A stretch of 64,000 bases of DNA from Candidatus Daviesbacteria bacterium (GCA_016176335.1 JACOXI010000004.1:18303-82302); one strand, 5' to 3'. Numbered from the stretch's first letter, positions 16,680 to 25,922 are shown. Numbers and translations: made by a program. Notes: generated from the letters alone by a model not told the origin.

Positions 16680-17594
16680 ATGTTTCCGGTGCTTTTTTCC
16701 ATAGGTAAATTTAGCGTCTCTTCGTTCGGGGTATTTTTAGCGTTGGGGTTTTTGTTAAGTATTTTTTTGATTTGGAGATTATCCCGTGCTTGGGATTTTT
16801 CGGAGGAAAAGATTTTGGATCTGACTCTGCTGACATTTTTGGGTGGGTTAATCGGGGCAAGAATTTACTTTGTTTTGGAACATTGGGGTCTTTTTGTGGC
16901 CTCGCCCGTCAAGATCCTGCTTTTTTACAAATTTCCCGGATTTTCTTTTTGGGGAGGGGTATTAGGAGGTTGGTTAACACTTTTTTATCTCTGCAAAAAG
17001 TTCAAGTTGGATTTTTGGCAGATTGCCGATATTGTTTCTGTTGGTTTTTTAGGAGGATTTATACTGGGGAATATTGGATGTTTTTTAGGAGGTTGCGGAA
17101 TCGGTATACCTTATAAATTATTTTTTGCCGTATCAGCGGTTGGGACTATTGGAACACGTTTCCCGACACAAGCCTTGGAGGCAATACTTTTGACTTTTGT
17201 CTTGCTTAAAATCTGGTCTTTGGCAACTCACTTTCATTTAAAGGGAATGATTGTGGCGCTCACTCTAATTCTTTTAAGCGTAATAAAACTTTTGATGGAG
17301 CCTTTGAGAGCAAATCACGGTCAAAACTACTTCTTTCTGACGAACCTACTTATTTTGGGCTTGGTAATTTTTTATAAAGCAACAGGAAGAAATGTTTTTT
17401 TGGACCTTAAAAATATGGGACTATTTTTAATTGGCATAATATATAGGAGGGAAGTGAGGAAACTGTTGCTTTTGATGATAAAAAAAAGCTGGTATAATCA
17501 GACAACGGCAATTGCCTGGAAATTGAGAAATTTTAAAAAAATTGCAAGGAGGTTAAATGTCAGATTTTCCCACAAAAACAATAAAATCGATTAA
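16680..17594 (+). CDS. lgt: Prolipoprotein diacylglyceryl transferase
   Basis: Lgt signatures GGLIGARIYFVLEHW and FPTQALEAIL. Start taken at the internal ATG at 16680; the ORF track begins at 16614. Confidence 0.75.
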   Translation: MFPVLFSIGKFSVSSFGVFLALGFLLSIFLIWRLSRAWDFSEEKILDLTLLTFLGGLIGARIYFVLEHWGLFVASPVKILLFYKFPGFSFWGGVLGGWLTLFYLCKKFKLDFWQIADIVSVGFLGGFILGNIGCFLGGCGIGIPYKLFFAVSAVGTIGTRFPTQALEAILLTFVLLKIWSLATHFHLKGMIVALTLILLSVIKLLMEPLRANHGQNYFFLTNLLILGLVIFYKATGRNVFLDLKNMGLFLIGIIYRREVRKLLLLMIKKSWYNQTTAIAWKLRNFKKIARRLNVRFSHKNNKID

Positions 17595-17910
17595 AAGGCT
17601 TCTGCTAAGGCAGCAAAGAGAGGTTGAAGAAAACTTAAAAGAGATCGAGGAAGATGATCCTGCCAAATCCCCAGCATTGGCAGAATCCTCGGAACCTGGT
17701 ACTGATTCTTATATTGCGGAGACTCACACCAAGACCATGGTCTTGGGAGAGCAGCTAAAAAATGCCAGCAAGAATATCAAAAATGCCTTGGTTAAGATCA
17801 GAAGAGGCGCTTATGGTAAATGCGAAAAATGCGGCAAAAAAATTGAGCTTTTAAGACTCCTGGTTATGCCAACAGCAAAATACTGTGTCTCTTGTTCCAA
17901 AAAGACTTAA
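17557..17910 (+). CDS. DksA/TraR-family C4-type zinc-finger protein
   Basis: C-terminal CEKCGKKI...CVSC four-Cys zinc finger preceded by a coiled-coil region. Confidence 0.7.
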   Translation: MSDFPTKTIKSIKRLLLRQQREVEENLKEIEEDDPAKSPALAESSEPGTDSYIAETHTKTMVLGEQLKNASKNIKNALVKIRRGAYGKCEKCGKKIELLRLLVMPTAKYCVSCSKKT

Positions 17911-18700
17911 ACCCCCAATGAATCTTAGGAAAGTATATGAAGATGAAGATTTACTGGTTATTGACAAACCACCTGGTTTGGTAGTTGAACCCACCAAAAC
18001 AGCTAAAGCCCCAACTCTTGCCGAAATTTTGCAAAAGAGTCATGGAATTGATTTGGAAAGGGGAGGATTAATTCATAGGTTGGATAAAGATACTTCGGGA
18101 GTTTTGCTGGTTGCCAAAACCCAAAAGGCTTTGGCCAACTTACAAGCACAATTTAAGCAAAGAAAAACTAAAAAAGAATATTTGGCGCTGGTACATGGGT
18201 TTGTGGACAAAGAGGGGCAAGTGGAAGGGAACATTGGCAGGAATCCTATTAAAAGAGAGAAGTTTACAGTATTGGCAGATGAAGGCAAGGAGGCAGTTAC
18301 GGAGTATGAACCGGTAGGAAATTTTCAATTTTCAATTTTCAATTTTCAATCAATTTTCAATGATTTAAATGAGATTCAAATGAGGAAACTGGAAAGAATG
18401 AAATATAACCAATTTACTCTGCTGTCCTGTCGTCCTCTTACTGGACGGACACACCAAATTAGGGTACATTTAAAGTATATAAATCATCCGATTGTTTCGG
18501 ACCAAATTTATGCGGGCAGGAAAATGTACAGGTTAGATAAAAGATGGTGTCCAAGGCAATTTTTGCATGCTAAAAAGATTGGATTTTATCATCCTCGGAG
18601 CGGGAAGTGGATGGAGTTGGAGAGTGAGTTACCCTATGATTTAGAAAATGCATTGGGTAATCTCAAATCTCAAATGTCAAATGTCAAAACTATAACTTAA
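17885..18700 (+). CDS. RluA-family pseudouridine synthase (RluD-like) carrying an in-frame heptamer-repeat insertion
   Basis: Catalytic motif HRLDKDTSGVLLVAKT and GRTHQIRVHL. An NFQFSIFNFQSIF stretch is encoded by (ttttcaa)n at about 18320-18362. Confidence 0.85.
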   Translation: MSLVPKRLKPPMNLRKVYEDEDLLVIDKPPGLVVEPTKTAKAPTLAEILQKSHGIDLERGGLIHRLDKDTSGVLLVAKTQKALANLQAQFKQRKTKKEYLALVHGFVDKEGQVEGNIGRNPIKREKFTVLADEGKEAVTEYEPVGNFQFSIFNFQSIFNDLNEIQMRKLERMKYNQFTLLSCRPLTGRTHQIRVHLKYINHPIVSDQIYAGRKMYRLDKRWCPRQFLHAKKIGFYHPRSGKWMELESELPYDLENALGNLKSQMSNVKTIT

Positions 18701-18762
18701 ATCTTTAAAGTTTTGAGTTTTAAGATGTAGATTTGAGTTTTGCGATTTACGTTTTGAGTTAT
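18655..18762. repeat. Modular intergenic hairpin repeat, copy 2 (overlaps the last codons of the rluA-family gene)
   Basis: tctcaaatctcaaatgtcaaatgtcaaaac...aaagttttgagttttaagatgtagatttgagttttgcgatttacgttttgag. Shares units with 15131-15240 and 57335-57520. Confidence 0.7.
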
Positions 18763-20475
18763 ATGAATAATATTTTTATACAATTGGCAATAATTTTGGG
18801 TTTATCCTCGTTTTTGGGTTACGGTGTAGTTAAATTTAAATTGCCGCTTTTGATTGCTTACCTTATAGGAGGGCTGTTGATTGCTACCACCGCTATTTTC
18901 GATCCTCGGGCATCGGAGGTCTTGCATTTCTTGCCTGAAATAGGGATTGCTTTCGTGCTTTTTTTAGTTGGAATGGAGCTTGACCTTCGGGAGATCAAAA
19001 GTTTGGGAAAACCGATACTTTTGGCAGGAACCTTACAGATTATTATCACCACCATTACAGGGTCTACTGTTGCAAAACTGTTAGGTTTTGGATCTTTGGA
19101 ATCATGGTATTTGGGAGTGGGACTGGCCTTCTCCTCAACTATCCTGGTTATTAAACTGCTGATTGATAAAAAAGATGTGGGGGCGCTATATGGAAAACTG
19201 GCTGTAGGGATATTACTTTTGGAGGACCTTTTAGCGGTATTACTGTTGGTGATGTTGACAGTTTCTACGTCCATTTTTGGTTTAGGTTTTCAACAAGCTT
19301 TCCCTTACTTGACCTTAGTTTTTAAGGCAGCACTTTTATTTGTCTTGGCGCTTTCTTTAAGCAGGTTTATCCTGCCCACTATATTTAAAGCGGTGGCCAA
19401 ACAGAATGAATTGCTGTTTATCACTGCTTTAGCTTGGTGTTTTATTTATATTTCATTTGCAATTTTCCTAGGTTTTTCTGTTGTGATTGGTGCTTTTTTG
19501 GCAGGAGTGGCTTTGGCAAACTCACCCTTCCATTATCAGATCCAAGGAAAGGTAAAACCTTTACGGGAGTTTTTTGTAGCCTTATTTTTTGTTTATTTAG
19601 GCACCCGGGTAGATTTTACGGAAATAGGCAAGATCTATCCCCTGATACTTATTTTTACAGGCTATACTTTAGTGGTAAAGCCTACCATCTTTTTACTGAT
19701 TTTGGGAAGTTTTGGATTCAGAAAGCATACCATGTTTCAGACAGCCTTAAGCCTGACTCATATCAGCGAGTTTTCTTTGATACTGCTGCTTGTCGGTTTT
19801 CAGTTTGGAGTGGTCAGTCAATCGGCGCTGACCGTGATAGCCTTATCAGCAGTACTTTCAATGATTATAGCGTCAGTTGTAATTACGCATTCCAACAGAC
19901 TGTACAGAAAGTTCAAGAACTTTTTGAGTTTTTTTGAAAGAAAAAACTACAAACACTTCTTAGAAACGAGTAGTCATGACCAAAAAAATCTCACGGGGCA
20001 TATCATAGTGATTGGTGCGCGAAAAGTAGGAGGGGAGATTGTTAAACTGCTAAAAAGAGAAAAAATCCCCCAAATAGTTTTAGACTTCAACCCTTATCAG
20101 GTAGAGGCATTGACAGAAGAGAAAATACCGGTACTTTATGGGGATATGGGAGATCCGGAGGTTTTGGACGGGTTAGATTTGCCAAATGCCAGACTAATAA
20201 TCTCAACATCTGCCAGTTTGGAGGACAACCTGCTTTTGCTGGAAGAGCTAAAATCAAGACATATTAACATACCGGCGATAATCAGGGCGGATACGGCTGA
20301 TGATGCAAAGGATTTATATAAAGCCGGGGCGGATTTTGTGATAATACCGGAGATTCTGGCAGGGGATTTCTTGGTAGAAAAACTCAAAGACCATCTAAAT
20401 AGCGGAGAATTCTTTAAGGATAGAGGGAAGGTTGAATTGGAAAGACTATCCAAAAAAACCCTGGCTTGGGAATGA
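18763..20475 (+). CDS. CPA2-family monovalent cation:proton antiporter with C-terminal TrkA-N/RCK domain (KefB-like)
   Basis: About 12 TM helices followed by a Rossmann-type RCK domain: IIVIGARKVGGEIVKLL. Start taken at the ATG at 18763, just after the repeat. Confidence 0.8.
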   Translation: MNNIFIQLAIILGLSSFLGYGVVKFKLPLLIAYLIGGLLIATTAIFDPRASEVLHFLPEIGIAFVLFLVGMELDLREIKSLGKPILLAGTLQIIITTITGSTVAKLLGFGSLESWYLGVGLAFSSTILVIKLLIDKKDVGALYGKLAVGILLLEDLLAVLLLVMLTVSTSIFGLGFQQAFPYLTLVFKAALLFVLALSLSRFILPTIFKAVAKQNELLFITALAWCFIYISFAIFLGFSVVIGAFLAGVALANSPFHYQIQGKVKPLREFFVALFFVYLGTRVDFTEIGKIYPLILIFTGYTLVVKPTIFLLILGSFGFRKHTMFQTALSLTHISEFSLILLLVGFQFGVVSQSALTVIALSAVLSMIIASVVITHSNRLYRKFKNFLSFFERKNYKHFLETSSHDQKNLTGHIIVIGARKVGGEIVKLLKREKIPQIVLDFNPYQVEALTEEKIPVLYGDMGDPEVLDGLDLPNARLIISTSASLEDNLLLLEELKSRHINIPAIIRADTADDAKDLYKAGADFVIIPEILAGDFLVEKLKDHLNSGEFFKDRGKVELERLSKKTLAWE

Positions 20476-20492
20476 AGTATGAATTGGTGGGG

Positions 20493-20521
20493 TTGACAAT
20501 TTTGTAACCATTGTATATACT
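20493..20521 (+). promoter_or_regulatory. Candidate promoter of the toxin-antitoxin operon: TTGACA-17nt-TATACT, start codon 9 nt downstream
   Basis: TTGACA at 20493-20498 and TATACT at 20516-20521. ATG at 20531 with no Shine-Dalgarno sequence. Confidence 0.4.
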
Positions 20522-20530
20522 TCAGTTACT

Positions 20531-20809
20531 ATGACTACCGTGATTCATATCAAAGCTGATCGTGAAGTTAAAAAAAATGCCCAAAAAGCGGCTAAAGATT
20601 TGGGGTTGTCCTTATCTGATGTCATCAATGCTGCTCTCCGAAATTTCATCAGGACAAGGGAGGTTGTCTTCTCTGATATTCCACAAATGACTCCGGAATT
20701 GGAAAAACTTCTTGATAAGGTGGAGGATGATATAAAAAAGGGCAGGAACCTTTCCCCCAGTTTCAAAAATACGGATGAGGCCATTGATTATCTCAAAAAA
20801 CAATGGTAA
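20531..20809 (+). CDS. Type II antitoxin, RelB/DinJ family
   Basis: N-terminal ribbon-helix-helix-like IKADREVKKNAQKAAKDLGLSLSDVINAALRNFI. Its stop overlaps the start of the downstream toxin. Confidence 0.75.
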   Translation: MTTVIHIKADREVKKNAQKAAKDLGLSLSDVINAALRNFIRTREVVFSDIPQMTPELEKLLDKVEDDIKKGRNLSPSFKNTDEAIDYLKKQW

Positions 20810-21060
20810 TTAACTATCATAAGGATTTTATTAAAGACTCCAAAAGACTAACTGTTCCACAAAAAGAAAAATTAATACAAAGATTAAAACTATTCGGCCA
20901 GGAGGAATTTAATCCTATCTTAAATAATCACTCACTAAAAGGAAAATATTTAGGATATAGAAGCATTAATATAGCTGGTGATGTACGGGCTCTTTACAAG
21001 AAAAATCGTACAGAAGTAATCTTCGTGGCACTAGATTCCCACAGCAACTTATATGGTTAA
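20803..21060 (+). CDS. Type II toxin, RelE/YafQ-family mRNA interferase
   Basis: 85 aa. ...LKGKYLGYRSINIAGDVRALYKKNRTEVIFVALDSHSNLY matches the RelE/ParE-fold consensus. Start overlaps the antitoxin by 7 nt. Confidence 0.75.
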   Translation: MVINYHKDFIKDSKRLTVPQKEKLIQRLKLFGQEEFNPILNNHSLKGKYLGYRSINIAGDVRALYKKNRTEVIFVALDSHSNLYG

Positions 21061-21303
21061 TCAAATTGTGTTTGTTACACCTGTCTAAATTTTACCAGAA
21101 GTTATCTGACTCACTTATACAAGGCGAGTGAAATTCTCTATCACTCTTTGGCAACTTACCACAACGTATTCTTTGTCATAGATCTTATGAAAAAGATTAG
21201 GAATGCAATAGGAAATGGGTTATTCCAGCAACTCAAAAATGAGTATATGGGTACATAAATTATATTTAAAAACCTATATAACTACATACCCATATATCAA
21301 ATT

Positions 21304-21543
21304 TTACATAGCCGGTGCGCCACCTATCGGATTTTGTCCACCTTGTTGTTCACTGCCGCCTCCTGTCCCTGTCTCTGGAGCAGGTTCTGGAGCTGGTGAA
21401 GGTTGCGGTGCAGGTTGGTCAGTTGGAGCATAAGGTGCAGGTTGGTCTACCGGTGCCGCAGGTGCGGGTTGATCTCCTGTTGGCATACCTCCACCCATCC
21501 CACCTGGTTGATTACCACCTTGATTTGGATCATTTGGATTCAT
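21304..21543 (-). CDS. Pro/Gly/Gln-rich low-complexity hypothetical protein
   Basis: Strong RBS GGAGGGAGGTG about 8 nt upstream of the second ATG. Product MNPNDPNQGGNQPGG...PAPQPSPAPEPAP. Both strands are open here because of compositional bias, so strand choice rests on the RBS. Confidence 0.35.
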   Translation of the reverse strand: MNPNDPNQGGNQPGGMGGGMPTGDQPAPAAPVDQPAPYAPTDQPAPQPSPAPEPAPETGTGGGSEQQGGQNPIGGAPAM

Positions 21544-21607
21544 TAAAATATCACCTCCCTCCATTTAAGAGTTTACCCCCTAAACTATTGCATGGTCAAG
21601 AGTCTAT

Positions 21608-22639
21608 ATGTACACTTATGGTATGCCCTCCTTGAAGTCTGCCCGAAGAGGTGGTTGGAAAACCGTTCAAAACAAAAATAAATTAAAGAAGAAAACAAAG
21701 CTTGCTTTAGCTGTTTTAGGATTAATACTGCTGGTGATATTTGTTGGAAACTTGGTGAAATTTACTCAACCCCTTTTCGCGAAGAGTTATATTTGGGACG
21801 GTGAATTTAATCTTAATTTGGTAGTTAAGAAAAATTCCTCTGTTTCCGTTATTTCATACAACCCCAAGGAAAAAAGAATAATCCTCCTTAAAATTCCGGA
21901 AACAGTAGTTGTTGAAGTACCAAGGGAATTTGGTGAGTGGCAATTACGTTCCGTATATGATTTAGGCGAGACTAGTAAAAAGGGGGAAGGGATAGATCTT
22001 TTAAAACAAACAATCGTCACCTTCTTGGGGATTCCGATAGACGGTTTTTTGGATGCCGGAGACGTAAATGAAGTTGTTGATGCCGATTCCACACTTGAGT
22101 TTTTGCGAGAGAATTTCATTTTTTCTTTAACTTCATTTTCCAAAGTAAAAACCGATTTGACTTTATGGGAGCTGATCAGACTGAAAATGGGTATTGCCTC
22201 AACCAGATTTGACAAAGTGGAAAAATTAGATCTGACAAAAGTTTTAGATAAAGGGAACCTGGCGGACGGGACACAAGTTTTCTTCGCTGATCCTGTAAAG
22301 TTGGACAGCATGCTAAGCGGTTTTGCAGATCCCGCTATCAAAGCGGAACACAAAACCATTGCAGTTTTCAATGCAACCGAAAGATTAGCTCTTGCCCAAA
22401 AAGCATCCAGGATTATTACCAATATGGGAGGCAATGTCATTATCACTTCCAATGCCCCCACAAAAGCAGATAAAAGCCTGGTATTGGGAGAAAAATCACT
22501 GACTTTAAAAAGGATCAATCAGGTATTCAATCTAACTTGTAAGTCGAAAAGTCAAGAGTGTGATAAAATTGAGCAAGAAGGCGAGAATATTTTATCATCT
22601 CGCGCCCAAATTAATGTGATCTTGGGTATGGATTTTTAA
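21608..22639 (+). CDS. LytR-CpsA-Psr (LCP) family protein with LytR_C domain
   Basis: N-terminal TM anchor. LCP core (SVISYNPKEKRIILLKIPETVVVEVP, LLKQTIVTFLGIPIDGFLD) and a C-terminal LytR_C-like VFNATERLALAQKASRIITNMGGNVIITSNAP. Confidence 0.7.
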   Translation: MYTYGMPSLKSARRGGWKTVQNKNKLKKKTKLALAVLGLILLVIFVGNLVKFTQPLFAKSYIWDGEFNLNLVVKKNSSVSVISYNPKEKRIILLKIPETVVVEVPREFGEWQLRSVYDLGETSKKGEGIDLLKQTIVTFLGIPIDGFLDAGDVNEVVDADSTLEFLRENFIFSLTSFSKVKTDLTLWELIRLKMGIASTRFDKVEKLDLTKVLDKGNLADGTQVFFADPVKLDSMLSGFADPAIKAEHKTIAVFNATERLALAQKASRIITNMGGNVIITSNAPTKADKSLVLGEKSLTLKRINQVFNLTCKSKSQECDKIEQEGENILSSRAQINVILGMDF

Positions 22640-22644
22640 ACGCA

Positions 22645-23352
22645 ATGATTTTTTGGGTGCTACTTTTTATTTTGGTTGTTTTGATCTCCTTTGTCTTGGC
22701 CATGCAGTCAATGCGAAACTTTCGTGAGGTTCCGCAAGCTCAAGAAAAAGACTACGGGCTTTTCCTCATCAGAAAAACCATAAATATTACCGCTGATTTT
22801 TTGGATCAACTTCACACCCAGATACTTAAAGAAGGATTGATAGTAAGTTTTGAAAGATTATTTAAAGGTAGTGAGTCCACTCTTGTGTTGTTTGCCCCCA
22901 GAAAGATAACCCAAAATTATTTAACCTCCCTGGATTTAATTGAAATTGAGGATTATACAGATGTTCCTAAGGAGGATATTTTAGGATTTGAGATGGGAAC
23001 TAAAAGTTCCGATTATAAAAACAACAGAAATCTGCAAAACTTTTTCGGAAATTTCCCCAAACTGGCAGTTGATGAGACTGTTTGGTGGCAACTTATTATT
23101 ATGGCAAAAAAGGAAAGATTTTTTGAGGTTTTGCCAAGAATGATAGTCAGAGGTCGGGATTTGATAAGGGCTGCGGAAATTGAAAAAAAATTACATCATT
23201 TGGCAGGGGGCTTTTTAATAAAGATTCCCAAACCATACTCCACAGGCCAAATACTGCAGTTTTATAAGCAGAGAAGCCTTGGTAAAGATATGCACAATCC
23301 GACTTTTACATCAAACGAGGTCTTAAATCTAATTAGACTGCCTCTTCTATGA
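22645..23352 (+). CDS. Membrane-anchored hypothetical protein
   Basis: N-terminal TM helix. No recognisable motif. Confidence 0.45.
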   Translation: MIFWVLLFILVVLISFVLAMQSMRNFREVPQAQEKDYGLFLIRKTINITADFLDQLHTQILKEGLIVSFERLFKGSESTLVLFAPRKITQNYLTSLDLIEIEDYTDVPKEDILGFEMGTKSSDYKNNRNLQNFFGNFPKLAVDETVWWQLIIMAKKERFFEVLPRMIVRGRDLIRAAEIEKKLHHLAGGFLIKIPKPYSTGQILQFYKQRSLGKDMHNPTFTSNEVLNLIRLPLL

Positions 23353-24073
23353 CTTCTTCATCACTTGCCGAATCCACGCTATCTCCCGGGTCATCGACCG
23401 CAGTGATCAGGTCTGTTGTGACAACCACATCCAAGTTCCCCAAAAAGGAAGCTTGATTTTTAAATCGTTTACTTCTGAATGTTTCCCTAATCAACACAGC
23501 CAAGCCGTTCACCTTTATAGACTTAATAAAAAGTTCATATTTATTACCGCCCTTTATGAGCCTTAAAAGGTGGTATGAAACATCATCCGGCAGAACCCCA
23601 AGGTATTTCCCTTCAAAATCAGTGATGGTAATCTTTCTGTTTTTAATCACTATTTCCACCTTCATGCCGCAAAAAGTTTGGGACAGTTTCTGCGGCTCCG
23701 CCACTTTAAGCAGGCTGACAACCTTGGTTTTACCCGGCTCTTGCAAAAATAGGGAGGGAGAAAGTTTCACAGAGCCGTTTCGGTTGAGATTTTGGTTGTT
23801 TGATTTGAAGGATTTAATGATTTTTAGATTTTTAATGGCAATCGGGTTATATGGGTCGTATTTTAACACTTCGCTGTAGAATTTTTTGGCCAAATTAAAT
23901 TTGCCAAGCTCCATATTGACTCTGGCAAGCCGGGCAAGAGCATCAACATTTTGTGGTTCCACTTTTAGGATTTTTTTGTTTAATTTTAGGGCGTCTTGCC
24001 AGCTGGAATTTAACGCTGCTTCAATTGCCAGTTGAGATAAGTTTAAAGAATTAGGGGAGCTTTTCGCGTCCAT
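23333..24073 (-). CDS. TPR-repeat protein with uncharacterised C-terminal domain
   Basis: Three tetratricopeptide-like repeats at the N-terminus: ALKLNKKILKVEPQNVDALARLARVNMELGKFNLAKKFYSEVLKYDPYN. Confidence 0.55.
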   Translation of the reverse strand: MDAKSSPNSLNLSQLAIEAALNSSWQDALKLNKKILKVEPQNVDALARLARVNMELGKFNLAKKFYSEVLKYDPYNPIAIKNLKIIKSFKSNNQNLNRNGSVKLSPSLFLQEPGKTKVVSLLKVAEPQKLSQTFCGMKVEIVIKNRKITITDFEGKYLGVLPDDVSYHLLRLIKGGNKYELFIKSIKVNGLAVLIRETFRSKRFKNQASFLGNLDVVVTTDLITAVDDPGDSVDSASDEEVIEEAV

Positions 24074-24189
24074 CTAAGGATGGGAGTATAGATATAAGCC
24101 GCGGTATTGTCAACATTTTGGGTTTTATTAGTTTACTCTGTTATTGAAAAATTATACTCTATACGCTATTCTCTATCATACGTTAAATT

Positions 24190-24960
24190 ATGAGTGGACA
24201 TTCTAAATGGTCAACCATTAAAAGACAAAAAGGGGCTGCAGATATAAAAAGAGGGCTTAACTTTACTAAAGTGGCTAATGCCATTACCATCGCAGTTAAA
24301 GTGGGTGGTTCTCCTGATGCGGAGTCTAACCCAAGACTGAAGGCTGCCATGGAAGCAGCTAAAGCTGTTAATATGCCTAAGGAAAATGTGCAAAGGGCCA
24401 TTGATAGGGGTTTGGGCAGATTACCTGGCCAGGTTTTAGAAGAGGTCTTTTTTGAGGGTTTTGGACCTTATAAAGTGGCATTTTTGGTGGAAGGGGTCAC
24501 TGATAACAAGTTAAGGACCTTACAAGAAGTTAAAAGTCTGTTTGAACATTCAGGGGGAAACCTGGCAGGGCAGGGAGCTGTTTCTTATATGTTTGATAAA
24601 ATGGGGGAGATTAAAGTAAGGGGACAGCGGGCCCCCGAAGGGGAGGGTGACAGGGAACAGGAAATGTTACAGTTAATAGATTTAGGGGCAGAAGATGTTG
24701 AAGAGTTTATTGAGGGTGGAATACAAGGATATTTAGTATATACAAAAAGCCCAGAACTTAATACTATGGGTAACAAAATTACTCAAGCAGGGTATGGAGT
24801 GGAGAGCCAGGAGTTAATATATAAACCAACTGTTTTGGTGGAGATTAATAATAAAGAGCAAGCGCAAAAAGTGCTGGAATTTACAGGGAAGTTGGAAGAA
24901 TTGGATGATGTGCAAAAAGTATACGCAAATTTTGATATTGATGAACAGTTGATCGGATGA
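24190..24960 (+). CDS. yebC: YebC/PmpR-family DNA-binding transcriptional regulator
   Basis: N-terminal MSGHSKWSTIKRQKGAADIKRG is the YebC family signature. Confidence 0.9.
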   Translation: MSGHSKWSTIKRQKGAADIKRGLNFTKVANAITIAVKVGGSPDAESNPRLKAAMEAAKAVNMPKENVQRAIDRGLGRLPGQVLEEVFFEGFGPYKVAFLVEGVTDNKLRTLQEVKSLFEHSGGNLAGQGAVSYMFDKMGEIKVRGQRAPEGEGDREQEMLQLIDLGAEDVEEFIEGGIQGYLVYTKSPELNTMGNKITQAGYGVESQELIYKPTVLVEINNKEQAQKVLEFTGKLEELDDVQKVYANFDIDEQLIG

Positions 24961-24999
24961 TTGGATGATTAGATAATTGGTTAATCACAAAAATAAGCA

Positions 25000-25386
25000 A
25001 TGGCCCAAAGCTTTAATGAATTGAGGATCTGGCAAATAAGCGAACAGTTAGTGGTAAAGATTTATAAAATGACAGATATATTTCCTAAAGACGAAGTTTA
25101 TAACATAGTTTCTCAACTCCGGCGTGCTGCCGTATCAATACCCACTAATATAGCTGAAGCTCATGGTCGATATCATGATGCAGAAACTATTCACTTCTTA
25201 TATAATGCACGAGGTTCAGCCGAAGAGGTGAGAAGTTTGTTGATGACTTCATTGGATCTTGGTTATATTACTAATGATATTTTTCAACAAACGAATGAGG
25301 AATATCTCAACTTGATTAGGAGTATTAATAGTTTTGTTAGAGCTATAAGAAAAACTAATCAACCAATTAACCAATTATCTGATTAA
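25000..25386 (+). CDS. Four-helix-bundle protein (TIGR02436-like, 23S rRNA intervening-sequence protein family)
   Basis: WQISEQLVVKIYKMTDIFPKDEVYNIVSQLRRAAVSIPTNIAEAHGR is the hallmark of this family. Confidence 0.8.
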   Translation: MAQSFNELRIWQISEQLVVKIYKMTDIFPKDEVYNIVSQLRRAAVSIPTNIAEAHGRYHDAETIHFLYNARGSAEEVRSLLMTSLDLGYITNDIFQQTNEEYLNLIRSINSFVRAIRKTNQPINQLSD

Positions 25387-25388
25387 CT

Positions 25389-25922
25389 ATGATAATTTTA
25401 GGTATTGATCCTGGTACAGCTACAACAGGTTATGGAGTTATAAAAATACCTGATGATATTTTAGGTAGGGAATTCAAGTATGGTATTGAGCTGATTACTT
25501 ATGGCAATATACACACTCCAAAAGAAAGATTGATGCAGGATCGGTTGCAGATGATTCACTCGGAGCTGACTAAAATAATAAAACAATATAAACCGGATCA
25601 AATGATTTCCGAGATGCTTTTTTTTGGGGCAAATACCCGGACTGCCATTATGGTGGGCCAAGCTAGGGGAGTGATCATGCTTACAGCAGCTCAATTCAAG
25701 ATTCCTTTTCAAGATTACACTGGTCCCCAGATAAAACTGATGGTGGCAGGATCTGGCAGGGCGGATAAGAATCAGGTTCACGACGGGGTCAGAAAATTTT
25801 TAGGCACACCTGGAAGAAGAAGAAACAAACTTAAGGTAAACTGGAAGGGTGGCCACTTGGATGATGCCACAGATGCTTTGGCCATTGCCATTTGCCATGT
25901 ATTAAAATTGGCAGCAAAATGA
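25389..25922 (+). CDS. ruvC: Crossover junction endodeoxyribonuclease RuvC
   Basis: MIILGIDPGTATTGYGV N-terminus with catalytic Asp, plus the conserved HDGV/DALAIAICH region. Confidence 0.9.
   Translation: MIILGIDPGTATTGYGVIKIPDDILGREFKYGIELITYGNIHTPKERLMQDRLQMIHSELTKIIKQYKPDQMISEMLFFGANTRTAIMVGQARGVIMLTAAQFKIPFQDYTGPQIKLMVAGSGRADKNQVHDGVRKFLGTPGRRRNKLKVNWKGGHLDDATDALAIAICHVLKLAAK

Noticed and set aside
18318-18365. CRISPR array, considering the heptamer tandems and other short repeats
   Set aside because: Units are 7 nt with no spacers and there are no cas genes. These are microsatellite-type tandems, not repeat-spacer arrays. No CRISPR array was seen anywhere in the window.
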